This document shows positions 27,294 through 39,381 of a stretch of 64,000 bases of DNA, piece by piece. Below the pieces are notes generated by a model. It did not search any database. It was given only the letters and a program-made list of their open reading frames with translations, and was not told the DNA's origin. Source of the stretch: Eledone cirrhosa. Taxonomy: Eukaryota. The DNA lies in the NCBI GenBank assembly GCA_964016885.1, contig OZ024748.1, positions 8,184,001 through 8,248,000 on the forward strand, in the 5' to 3' direction. Numbering within the stretch: position 1 is the first letter of the stretch; every line of letters starts with the position of its first letter. A program made the position numbers and the translations under genes.

Positions 27294-27535
27294 TTAATCC
27301 AGCCAGGATTAACACATCCACGTGGAGTCAAGTATGTTACAAACATTGAAATCCAGTCTCTCTTCTAATAGGAAGAGGCTACGTAGCCGGTAACTGTAAA
27401 ATGGATTCCAAGACTATGTAGCTGGTAAGAGTGTCAGACACCATGTTTGTCTACTTTGTAAGGACCGGCTACGTAGCCTATTACCTTGTAATATATTTCG
27501 GAAATCCTAAGAAGGATCACCAATGCTGCCTTTCT
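27294..27535 (-). other. 5'UTR exon of the mitochondrial microprotein gene with two candidate donors (exon ends 27485 or 27294)
   Basis: Acceptor ttttcttcag|; donors AAG|gtaata and TAA|gtatgt. Confidence 0.5.
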
Positions 27536-28599
27536 CTGAAGAAAATAAATAACAAACATCGTAATTCGATGTTTGTTTAATTTAGTAATGAAAGGAAACA
27601 GTCTGAATTATTTACTACTTCACAAAACAACTGATAAGATGTTTTTATTTATTTACTCATTATATATATATATAAGGATGAGTATTTAGACTTTATTTTA
27701 TTTTGAGTTAAGGCTCTATTGATTTTTCCCTGGATTTCACAAAATTATGTGGGTGAATCTATGTCTTGATTCTTTTTGAATTGAGTTTGAATTATTTTCC
27801 CACATTTTACGTTAACTATTTTTCCATTTTGACGTTATAGTCACTTATATATTATGAAATACTGTTAGCTTCACGCTCACAATAATTTCTATACTTTTCA
27901 TATATATATATGGCTTTCTGCTACAATATTTTCTGTACCTTTCATTTATACATATATATATATATATACACACATAGAAGCAAACACATTTACAAATTGG
28001 GTCGTTAAATTTTTGTACTGAATTCTTGGTAGGCTAAAATAGTTTGGACAATATCAAATTATTTAACGTTATTAAATTTAAAACAAAATAATTTAACAGA
28101 TAAACATGTTGGCCCGCGTCACTGAAAATATACTAAAATTACTGAAGAAAATAAATAACTATTTTAAAAGATAGTTGGCAATGAATATATATTTTGTACG
28201 ATATAGTTCTGTTATAAGAAATGGTAATATAGTCGATCAATTTAACGGCTAGAATATTGGTAGTAAATATAATCGATATTGAAATATGGAGTGATAGGTT
28301 TTGTGACAGAATATTTGGTATGTTCTTCCGAAAGAATTGAGAGCGATATATATTATTGTTTATACATTTGTAATGTTATTTATACAACTGTGAATAAAAT
28401 ATTTATTTATCAATAAGACAGAACGGGGGTAGCAGTTTCTGAGTTAATGAACCAAACACCTTTTAATATTTGGAATGATTTTAATCACCACAGGTCTACA
28501 TAAAAGATAGGCCGTGTTTTAAACTATTAAGTCGGTTCCAAAAATGTATACATATATTTATTAGAATGCTGCTGAAGTGTGTATACATATTTTTTCGGA

Positions 28600-28810
28600 C
28601 ACTAGGATAGAACTAAATTGGAACTGATTAGATCATTACTCAACAGAGTACACGATACTCGGGGTAGTAGAGTATGCTTATATTATAAAGAGTCGAGACC
28701 CGACGGCTGAGCTCTTACCGTTTCAACAGCTAGTTCCAGCTGGAATTAACTGTTGAAACGGCAAGAGCTCAGCCGTCTGGTCCCGACTCTTTATAATATA
28801 TATATATATA
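28600..28810. mobile_element. Penelope-like palindromic element (118-bp hairpin 28681-28798) next to (TA)n
   Basis: Near-perfect inverted repeat; homologous to 36741-36935 in the opposite orientation. Confidence 0.7.
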
Positions 28811-29224
28811 TAAAACTAGAAACTATGCAAAATATCTCCAAAATTCCTTAAATAACACCAATATACATAGACGCGATATTGTATATAAAACCATATCAAA
28901 GCATATGATACTATATAAAACTATATCTAACCACATAAAACAATATAAAAGCATATAAAACTATATCTAACCACATAAAACAATATAAAGGCATATAAAA
29001 CTATATGTAACCATGTGGAGTATTGATTTCCTCAAAGGTGCCCGGAACGATTTGTAAGGTGAAGGTCAGGAGACGACGATAACCGTTGATATACAGTGTT
29101 AGAAATGTCATTTAAGATTAAACCATACGTTGTTAATTACCTGATACAATATAAATACTTAATAAGATGTAGTTAATTAATTATATTAATTATATACAGG
29201 TAAAATAATAAGGAAATAACTTAC

Positions 29225-29280
29225 TACGCTGCTGCTGCTGGAAACGAGCGGCTCTGTTGATGTTTCTTACAGAGAAAGCT
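29225..29280 (-). other. Probable first non-coding exon of the mitochondrial microprotein gene
   Basis: Donor GTA|gtaagt at 29224, CpG-containing, directly downstream of the NRF1 motif; TSS approximate. Confidence 0.5.
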
Positions 29281-29282
29281 CT

Positions 29283-29294
29283 GGCGCATGCGCA
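29283..29294. promoter_or_regulatory. NRF1-type palindrome (TGCGCATGCGCC on minus strand)
   Basis: Matches the YGCGCAYGCGC consensus in otherwise CpG-poor DNA. Confidence 0.65.
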
Positions 29295-29399
29295 CAATAT
29301 TCATACATACGTACACACATACACATAGTCACACACACACATATATATATACATACAACACATTCACATATATGTAACAAAACGTCAGAGTGGCAGAAT

Positions 29400-30170
29400 G
29401 TACCCTGGGGGTAGGACATTACTTTGGGTAACCAGCCTGACAGGGTGACCTTGTGGTAGAACATTACTGTGAATAAAACCATTAAGGCCAAGAGACAATA
29501 AAGTAGCAGCCTGACAGAGGGTGCCCTGGGGGTAGAACATTACTGTAGAACCATTAAGGCCAAGAGACAGCAAAGTAGCAGCCTGATAGATGGTGACCTT
29601 GTGGTAGGACATAACTCTAGATAGAGCCCCTAGGGTCAAGAAACAGCAAAGTAGCAGTCTGATAGATGGTGACCTTGTGGTAGGACATTACTCTAGATAG
29701 AGCCACTAGGGCCAAGAAACAGCAAAGTAGCAGTCTGATAGATGGTGACCTTGTGGTAGGACATAACTCTAGATAGAGCCACTAGGGCCAAGAAACAGCA
29801 AAGTAGCAGTCTGATAGATGGTGACCTTGTGGTAGGACATTACTATAGATAGAGCCACTAGGGCCAAGAAACAGCAAAGTAGCAGTCTGATAGATGGTGA
29901 CCTTGTGGTAGGACATAACTCTAGATAGAGCCACTAGGGCCAAGAAACAGCAAAGTAGCAGTCTGATAGATGGTGACCTTGTGGTAGGACATTACTATAG
30001 ATAGAGCCCCTAGGGTCAAAAGACAGCAAAGTAGCAGCCTGACAGAAGGTGCTCTGAGGGTATGACATTACTGTAGATAGAGCTTTTAAGGCCAAGAGAC
30101 AAAGTAGCAGCCTGACAGAAGGTGCCCTGGGGGTAGAACGTTACTGTAGCGCCATTAAGGCCAAGAAACA
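29400..30170. repeat. 76-bp minisatellite, ~10 units
   Basis: AGAGCCACTAGGGCCAAGAAAC recurs at 29699, 29775, 29851 and 29927. Confidence 0.95.
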
Positions 30171-31269
30171 GGCACGGAAAGACTGGATAAATAAAGGCAG
30201 CAAAGATTAATACCAAAGAAGAGAAACTAGACAACAGGTCAAAGAGGCTGGAAGCAGAAGGTTTACCAATGTTCTGCAATGTGAGAAGTGAGAATCAAAG
30301 ACATGAGGTGTTTTATCCAGTGCATTACTGGTACTTTATTCTATCGACCCCGTAAGGATGAAAGGCAAAGTCAACCTCGGCAAAAAAATAATGGAGCAAG
30401 GGAGGTAACCTACTTTCGGTCATAACACAAACGTTACGACTTCTCTCAGAAGTTTTCTACGGTATGTTTATAAACGTGGAATTTCTGTTTTTATTTTTCA
30501 AATATATATTCTGTTTCACATATATTTTTCGCAACCACTCCATACCGTTAGTTAAATAGCAAATCTTAAATATGCTCTGGACAAGATGACAAAAACGATG
30601 TGACAAAGAACAGCCAGCGATATCTGTTGTACCAGCCACTGCACCTGATAAACCTCGTTCTTTGTGCCAACAAGTTGGCAGAGGAGAGCGGTATTTAGGA
30701 ACCAACAACATGGGAAAACTCATCAGTAATATATTTTGTCGTTAATGACTGGTATTTATTTTTTATCTATTGTTTTTTTTTTTGCAGGAGTAACTCTTTG
30801 AATAATGGTCGAAACTATAAAGTTTGCATCCTAAACTAATTCACTTCCTATGTCACTTTCCTGACATTTGTACTTTATTCTTGCATGCACATTTGATGAG
30901 TTGTAGTGCACCTGAGCACTGTACACAATACTTTCATTATTATTATTATAATTGTCCTAACACTAAGGTCAAGTTTTAGGAGGGGTGGAAACCATTGTGT
31001 CCAGTGTAATACGATCATATGAAGCAGAGGTGTTTTGGTGTTATTCAATCTGTGGCTAACATTTGAAACTGTACCAATTGTACCAATCCATTTCTTGGCG
31101 GCACCTGTTTAGCTTCTGATAATAATATTCTCAGTATAAATATATAAAGCTAAGTTTATTATGTAACAACAGTCAGGTAATGTTTACTATTACTTAGTGA
31201 ATACTAACAGAAGTAGTTGTTTAGAGTTGATAGTTTTAACATGCTTGGAATAACTAGGACGGATATAAT

Positions 31270-31710
31270 CTCTCTCTCTCTGACACACTCAGTCTCTCCC
31301 TCCCTCTCTCACATACACACTCAGTCTCTCCCTCCCTCCCTCTCTCCCTCTCTAACATACACACTCAGTCTCTCCCTCCCTCCCTCTCATGCACACTCAG
31401 TCTCTCCCTCCCTCTCTCTCATACACACTCAGTCTCTCCCTCCCTCTCTCTCATACACACTCAGTCTCTCTCTCTCTTACATACATTCTCAGTTTCTACC
31501 TTTCTCCCACTAACGCTCTCAGACACACACATGCTCAATCTCTACCTTTCACTCACTATCAGACTCTCTATCTCTCTCCCACCTACACAATCACTCTCTA
31601 TCTTTCTCTCTTATTCTTTCTTTCTCTTTTAGATTATCCCCCTCCACTATCTCTCTCTCACTCTTTCTATCTCTTTATTTGTTCTCTCTTTCATTTTATC
31701 TCTCCCTCTC
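31270..31710. repeat. CT-rich low-complexity region with ~30-bp degenerate units
   Basis: CACACTCAGTCTCTCCCTCCCTCTCTC recurs. Confidence 0.8.
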
Positions 31711-32114
31711 TGTTTTGGCTCAAGACTGTTCTTTAAAAAACTTGGCCTTCACTAATGAATAACTTGATAATTTGCCCAAATAGAAGAAGTAGCTTAGTTG
31801 CATCTTAGATATATTCACTCTTTAAACGTTTTGATACTAAACCATCTGAAACCAGCCTTGATTTTATGACACAAAGCTGTTTATTTTAAAGTGTTTATAT
31901 TTATCTAAAATCCCTCATCATAATTTTATGTAAGAACCTTTGTTAAGTTATATTCCAAACACCCCTGGTTCTATCATACAAAACTGCTTATTTCAAAGTG
32001 TTTATATTTATCTAAAAACCCTCCATCATAATTTTATGTAAGAACCTTGATTAAGTTATGTTCCAAATATCAGTTTGAAATTAATTCTAATTTTGACACA
32101 AGGCCAGTAATTTG

Positions 32115-32375
32115 TGGAGGGGTGTGGCCTAGTGGTAAGAGTGTTGGACTTACAATCATCATGCCTTGGGTTTGATTCCTGGACAGAGTTGTGTATTGCA
32201 TTCTTGAGCAAAACATTTCATTTCATGTTGCTCCAGTATACTCAGTTGAAAATAAGTACCAGCAATAGCTGGGAGTTTAACCCTGCAATGGACTGGTGTC
32301 CTGTCCAGGGGGTGTCTTGTATTCTCAGTCACTTCATGTCATGAAACTGGGATAAACACTGGCATAAGGCAGACT
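32115..32375 (+). mobile_element. tRNA-derived SINE, family B (also ~16870-17110, 45215-45470, 53378-53500; minus copies ~18200-18320 and 61605-61700)
   Basis: Box A TGGCCTAGTGG, box B-like GGTTTGATTCC, body TTGCTCCAGTATACTCAGTTGAAAATAAGTACCAG. Confidence 0.75.
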
Positions 32376-33127
32376 TTAGATCTTAGATCAGTAATTTGGG
32401 AGGATGGGAAAGTCTATTAAATCACCTCAGTACTTGACTGATATTTTATTTAACCCAGCAATGAACTGGTGTCCTATCCAGGAGGTATGTCTTCTACTCT
32501 TCGTCACATAACATGAAGGAAGGAAACTGGGAGAGCATCGGGCTTGAGATAGACTAGGTAGGGCTTTAAATTTTAATATAGATTACAAAAGCATATTTAC
32601 ACAGCTGATACTGGAACCAATCAAACATGAATTAAAATTAAACAAAAATAACAGGTACTGAATTAAAATAAGTTTATTATAACCAAATCTTTTTATACAA
32701 AAATATCATATAGAAACATTACAATGTTGTAAAATATGGACTTAATAATTTCGTAAATTCTTTTTTAATATTTCAAAACTGAAAAAATAAAAATTAGGTA
32801 AGTTTAAAGCTTGGAATATTTATTCATTTACAATATTTTTTTTTTATTGGACTAAAATACCAACATTTTAAACTCATATAGTTGACAGCATTTCATTTAC
32901 TGATTTATGACATAAAATATTGAAGAAAAATAACCTAAATGTGTAGAGAAGGAATTGGTTTTCTTGCAAGGAGTTCAAATCTATGACTCATATTTTGCTG
33001 TATTTCTGGACAGAATATATCACCCACATTGCTTCAGTTCACCCAGCACTAGGAAACAGATACAGGTTACCCAGTAGTACTCAACCACAGTATAGAGTCC
33101 ATTAAACAACTCAGTCTACCTTTCTAA

Positions 33128-33430
33128 TAATTGTTTCTACATTTGGCACAAGGCCAGCAATTTTAGGGGAGGAGAAAATCGATTAAGTCAACCCCAGTGC
33201 ATTACTGGTACTTTATTTTATCGACCTTGTAAGGATGAAAAGCAAAGCTAACCTCGGTGGGATTTGAAATCAGAACATAAAGGGCCGTAACTCTATGCTG
33301 CAAAGCACGGTGTCCGATGCTCTACTAATAATTGTTTCTATTTTAGGCACAAGGCCAACAATTACCCAGTGCATTACTGGTACTTTATTTTATCGACCCC
33401 GTAAGGATGAAAGGCAAAGTCAACCTCGGA
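33128..33430 (-). mobile_element. Two tandem SINE A copies
   Basis: Family A body and tail motifs occur twice. Confidence 0.8.
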
Positions 33431-33689
33431 ATGATGACTAGCTGATTTTATAGAAAATTCATCACAAAAGAGGGTTATCGCTCAGCAAATGGAGGTCTTC
33501 CTCAGACACAAGAGATTCCTAATCCTACCATATATAATAAGTAGAGACCTTAATGATCATAACAACAACAATTATTAATGTTGTTGTTGTAGGGCTGACA
33601 TCTTCTAAACAATAAAATTTGGTGATTCAAATCCATTACAATTTCAATTCTAATTCAAAAATGCTTTACTAATTATTCTTTAAAACCCT

Positions 33690-33902
33690 AATCGTTTAGC
33701 ATTTAAACTGGCCATATCCGGCCAGAATTCTCTCACATCTTTTTGTTCAAACCAGATATATCCGGCTGCTCATATTAATGTTCTCAACATAAATATCAAA
33801 ATCTCATAGATTCCATATTATGTGAGATAATTAAATAAGGTAAGGTGTTTACCGTGAAAATACAATAATAAGTATAGAATAATGTAAACGCTAAAGGGTT
33901 AA
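33690..33902. mobile_element. TTAA-flanked MITE (piggyBac-like ends)
   Basis: TTTAGCATTTAAAC...GTAAACGCTAAAGGGTTAA; homologous copies at 34309, 50383 and 53933. Confidence 0.7.
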
Positions 33903-34308
33903 TACCTTAATAAAATCATTTAACAACACAACTTGTAATATTTAAATAAAAAAAAGAAAAACATTGTTATGGCTGTTATTTTTTAATTGGATAGTTGGGA
34001 GTGTATTTAAACTTCTCAGTTAACAATAGAGATGAGAGAAAGGAATGCTTTATTGTAAAATAGGTTAGTGGAACAAATAAATATATGCCTGTTGGAGAAT
34101 AAACATCAACAAAGTATATGTCAAATCAAACTGTTATACTATTGAAATACGAGGTCAACTTTACATAACAGGTAGAAAGAAATACTGTGTTGAATAAGAG
34201 TATGTTTCACACTTGAAACTAACATGGTATTTTAAGCTCTGTTAACCATTTTAGGGTATCACCACACTTATAAAACAAACTTAATGGACTCTTTATAAGA
34301 TAATAAAC

Positions 34309-34522
34309 TTAACCTATTAGCATTTAAACCAACTGAATCCGACCAGAATTCTCTCACCTCTTTCTATTCAAACCGGCCGTAACTGGCCACTCATGCTGAT
34401 GTTAAGGTATTGTTCTCAAAATAAATAATATCAAAATCTCATAGATTCGATACTATGAGATAAAGACTTTACCATGAAAATATAATAGTAAATATAGAGT
34501 AATGTAAATGCTAAAGGGTTAA
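34309..34522. mobile_element. TTAA-flanked MITE (piggyBac-like ends)
   Basis: TTAACCTATTAGCATTTA ... TAAATGCTAAAGGGTTAA terminal inverted repeats. Confidence 0.75.
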
Positions 34523-34931
34523 AAGAAAAAAGGGTTCCTAAAAGTAAAACCACTTTAGGGAACCTAATATCATTCCACTTCTATTATAAAATACTTCTGT
34601 ACCACATGAATGGGTATTATTAACAAAAGGTTGAAAAATATTAAACAGTACTGCATTACATTAAAAATTAAAGTCTTTACTCTTATACTTTCACATTTTC
34701 ACAATGATCAGTCCACTAGTAAAGACACTATAAACATTTGAATTAACAGATCTGCTTTTCCATATTTTCTATTAAACTATTACAGGATGTTAAGTATTAA
34801 AATGCAGCAAAATCTCTTTATATAAAATGTCAAGTAACATGTCTCTCCTTTGCTGGTTTCCAGCTTTCAGTCATGCTATAGGAACATGGGGGAGAGAAGA
34901 GAAATCAGTGGCTGTGCTGAGAGAGGTGAAA

Positions 34932-34980
<49 letters not shown>

Positions 34981-36083
34981 ATAGTTACTCACCAAGCAGA
35001 CAAAAGGACATACACAAAGAAAATGAAGGATAGAAGTAGAGAGATTTAAAATTACAGAAATAAATCTATCATTTTTTCATAGATATATTTCTACACTAGT
35101 ATGTTCATAATAAACAAGAGGACATCATCATCATCATCGTTTAACATACATTTTCCATACTAGCATGGGTAGGACGGGCTGTCCCTTTGTGAGAGATCAG
35201 GTCAGAGGGCCATGTTTCACTCACATAGAACTGATTTAGGCTTGGTTTCTACAGACGGATGCCCTTCCTAATGCCAACCACATTTATAGGACAGATCATG
35301 AAATTTAGTGGTACATTTTATAAATCTATACTGTTTTAAAAAAATAGAGTATCTAATTACTAGAGGTTACTAGAGTGATTATGAATTAGAAGATTATTAG
35401 AGGTGTGAAGGGTTATATAGTTAACAGGCTGCATATTACTAAGACTTTAAGATACTATAAACTATAGGTTACACAACTTCTGTAACAAACATATCACAAT
35501 CACTTGGGTATCAATAAATATGACCAATATCAAGGATTGTGGTTGGAAATGTCACAAAAACTATGAATTAAACAAATGATGCAACCAAAATTCCTTAAAT
35601 TCTAAAAAAATCTATTTTCATTATGAAAAATTACTTCAACATCTTTTTTCTAATACTTAATTTAACAATCTATAACAAATATTTATAGATTAATGTTATA
35701 ATTTATTGATTAATGTTATGAAAGTACTTTAAGAGTATGTTAAAGAAGAGTATTATTTTAAAGTAATGAATATTGGCTTAGAAGTTATTTTAAAGTAGAT
35801 TAATGTGAGAGTTTGTCTTAAGATGACTATAGTAAACTTCAATTGGTACAGAACAAATTACAACTATTTCAAATTTCAATAATTCAAAACAAAGGGATTT
35901 TTTCTTCATATTTTTTTTTAACTTGCTTTTTCCTTAAAAAGAAAAAATAGTAAACCTGATCACAGAATATGAATTGTTTTTTAAAACAGCCCCAAATCAG
36001 AATCAAATCTTGAAAAAGAATTAACTTCCAAGATTTCATCTTATAAGTGTCTTTCTTGTCGGATGTTTCCATGAGGCAAACAC

Positions 36084-36143
36084 TTAGCTTCGTATGCTTT
36101 CACGAAACTCCCGAAGTACTCGTTCTTCCAAATTAAAGTCATA
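36084..36143 (-). CDS. UMA-domain microprotein, last coding exon (YDFNLEERVLREFRESIRS*)
   Basis: Acceptor ttttttcag|; YDF.LE..VL is the UMA C-terminal motif of UBAP1/UMAD1; TAA at 36086-36084. Confidence 0.8.
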   Translation of the reverse strand, partial: YDFNLEERVLREFRESIRS

Positions 36144-36559
36144 CTGAAAAAAAAACAAAGAATAAACACGTGAAATGAAGCAGAGAACAATTTATTTAAC
36201 AGTAAAATAGATCAGGAATGAACCAAACCTCTACAGTTAGGGTATCCAGGGTTCCTAAAGGTAACTTCTATCTCCTAATAACCAACAGTCCAACCAGGAT
36301 ACTTATCTATCTAATTAAAGTCTTTACTCTAATACTGTTTTAGATTATTTTAAATCCCTACCTAATCTCCTCAGTTTAGGCTACTACGATAAGACATACT
36401 TCAAGATTAAGAAATGTCTTATTTCTCACCTTGTTAACGTCAAAGCAACCCGAAGCTGTTCAATAGTTTTAAAACATTCTAAATCTAAAAATAATGAACC
36501 ACAAGAAGCAACATAGATTAAAATTCTCTGTAAAATAAATTACAAATAAATAAACTTAC

Positions 36560-36613
36560 CTTGAATTTCTCCATAATCTTATTCCTGTCCAGCTTTATAT
36601 GAGGAACATTCAA
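36560..36613 (-). CDS. UMA-domain microprotein, coding exon 3 (LNVPHIKLDRNKIMEKFK)
   Basis: ttttcag| ... AAG|gtaagt; 54 nt, phase 0-0. Confidence 0.8.
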
Positions 36614-36740
36614 CTGAAAATAAACACAGACTGTCAATGACCAATCATTGTAAGATCAATACCATAACCACTAGGCCACACACAAACTCCTTAAACCACG
36701 TCTCTCTCTCTCTCTCTCTCTTTACATATATATATATATA

Positions 36741-36933
36741 TAGGAAAAAGTATGACCCCGACAGCAGAGCTCAAGCCGTTTCGATAGCTATTTCTAGTCC
36801 AGAAATAGCCGTCGAAACGGCTTGAGCTCTGCCGTCGGGGATCATACTTTTTCCTATTACCCACTCTACTACCCTAAGTATTGAGTACTCTGGTGCGTTA
36901 TGGTCCATCTGGTTCCTTACCACAATTCCTTCG

Positions 36934-36935
<2 letters not shown>
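36741..36935. mobile_element. Penelope-like palindromic element (116-bp hairpin 36741-36856) between (TA)n arrays
   Basis: Near-perfect inverted repeat; homolog of 28600-28810. Confidence 0.7.
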
Positions 36936-36975
<40 letters not shown>

Positions 36976-37338
36976 CACTCAGCCCACACTGTAAAGTGGC
37001 CGTGTGGGAATCATAACAAAATGCACCCAGTACACACTGTAAATATGTTTGGCATTAGGAAGAGCATCCAGTTGCAGAAACCTAGCCAGAAACAGTTTTA
37101 TATGAGCAAGACATGGTCATCCATCCCAACTTGCCTCTAATGGGATGACCCGTCTAACCAATGCTAGCCTTACATTGTCCAACAAAGACCAATACAATAT
37201 GTACCAGATAACTGAAAGATGTAAATAAATAACCAAATCTTCTACATCAGTAATAGAACGTCTTTCCCACACATTCTACAAACTGTCATGAGATCAGATG
37301 AAACCTAAGAGAGAAAGAGATTTCACAGTTTAACTTAC

Positions 37339-37412
37339 TTTGGGGTACTCTGTTTGGTTGTTTACAATCTTAATTGTAACACCTCCTAAATCTCGAAGCC
37401 ATCCTGTTCGGC
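37339..37412 (-). CDS. UMA-domain microprotein, coding exon 2 (GRTGWLRDLGGVTIKIVNNQTEYPK)
   Basis: cttttccag| (phase 1) ... AAA|gtaagt; LGGVTIKI aligns with the UMA N-terminal LDDVPFK motif. Confidence 0.75.
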
Positions 37413-38640
37413 CTGGAAAAGACATTGAATGGAACAAATGGTAGATTTTATTCACAATTGTATAAATAATATTACAAATAAAAAAAGATAAGGAAAAGAA
37501 AGGGGGCAAAACACACACATTTTGGACCACACATCAAAAGGGGTGGACAAACGAACCACTGCCAAAGGATAATGATATCGTGAGGAGCCTGGAGCCTCTA
37601 CTAGGACAACTAATTTGTCTCTTGTTTTAAAATAGGGCATACATTGTTTTTTTCTTCTATTGTTTTAAATCATTCCAATAGATTCGTGTATTTAATTAAT
37701 CTACAGAAGAATGTTGAGTTGAGAATGGAGTAAGTTGACACAGATTTGAAGTGTATAATGGTTTCCGATTTTAACACAAGGCCAGCAATTTGGGGGTAGG
37801 GGAATGTCAATTAAATCGACTACAGTGCATTACTGGTACTTTATTTTATCGACCCCGTAAGGATGAAAATTAAAGCTCGTGCAAATAATAGAATTAGGTG
37901 AACCCTCCAACGATACAGTAATTATATAAAAGTGAATATATATATATAGCGGCGATGTAGTTGTTTTGCAAGGTTTTTTTTTTTTTATATGAAATCGTGT
38001 TGAAATATAAAAATATACTGAAGTGAAAACCAAACCAAACCAAACAGTAGGTATGTTTTACTATATTTTTCTGGTAATATTAGGACAACATGACACTCCC
38101 CAAATATGAAAATATTGTTATATTTGGGGAGGGTCATGTCATAATATTGTTATATTTGGGGAGGGTCATGTCACAATATTGCCAAAAAATATATAACAGA
38201 AAAAGATATTTCTACCTTATCTTTTATTTTTATATACAGGAAAAATACTTCTAAACATTATAATAAATGATATTTTATTCACATTTGTATAAATAACATT
38301 ACAAGGCAACATAATATCGTATTTTTGTGGTGTGGTCAGTCTTTGAGGTAAATATTTAAATACTGCTACTTTAAAAATATGAAAAATTAACGAAGAATTC
38401 TGAAGACAAACAAGAGAATAACGCTGAGAAAAAACCGTATTTTCTTAGATACATACAAAGGTTACCTATTGATATAGTAAATTACTAGTACTAATTAAAT
38501 ATGAAGTGAAAGTGTCTTAAAAGGAAGTTTATTGTAAACAATAACAGCGGTGGATGTTGTCCAAGACGGAAATAACACCATTAACGAGTGATAATATATA
38601 TAAAAAGAATCATGATAGAGGAAAAGATAAAATAAATTTC

Positions 38641-38678
<38 letters not shown>

Positions 38679-38816
38679 ATAATGATTACGAAGACCAAAA
38701 CAACCCGAAGGGGCTCGATAAGGATTGTATATTTATAAGTATATATATATACCAGTAGAGCAAATATTTATTATTAGTACAGATTAAAGTATTTCTTCTT
38801 TCACCTATTACGGGGT

Positions 38817-38857
<41 letters not shown>

Positions 38858-39381
38858 ATAGAGAGAGGGAATTACACATGTATACACATACATGTGAGTA
38901 TATATATATATATATGTATATATGATGATGATAAACTGCCCTCAAGATACAATAATAAAGTGTTATTACAACAATGAAAGGACGAGAATAAAAGGAATAA
39001 TTATTCCATATTAAAGGTGAAGATATTCCTCTCTAATAACGAAATCTATTGTGAAATGGTCGAAACTAAATACTTAATATATCTAATAATTGTTATAAAA
39101 CTGACATCGCTTTGTTCTATTATAACGATCCAAATATGTTTTATATTTTAGGTTAGACATACAGGGTTACTAATATAGTCTTTATTAATCAAATATTAAA
39201 GTATAATTCCACCTTTTTATATATATAAACCTAGTCTATTAACTTTACACAAGGTACTACACTATACAGGAACAACTTCTGGCGAATAATTTAACAATAC
39301 ATATATAATTTAACAACAAAAACTCCCCTTTAATTATTGATAGATTAACTTTATAGGAAGACAGAAGATTAAGGAACCTAC

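Noticed and set aside
30457-30723. 88-aa ORF with HRFCHLVQSIF, reminiscent of MULE transposase
   Set aside because: Similarity too short to support without a profile search
32115-32190. Possible tRNA genes at SINE heads
   Set aside because: Box A/B present but no complete cloverleaf; the sequence continues into SINE bodies
37413-37425. ATG of MSFPGRTG as the UMA gene start
   Set aside because: It overlaps a strong acceptor (cttttccag) and a phase-matched upstream exon exists; kept only as a possible alternative start
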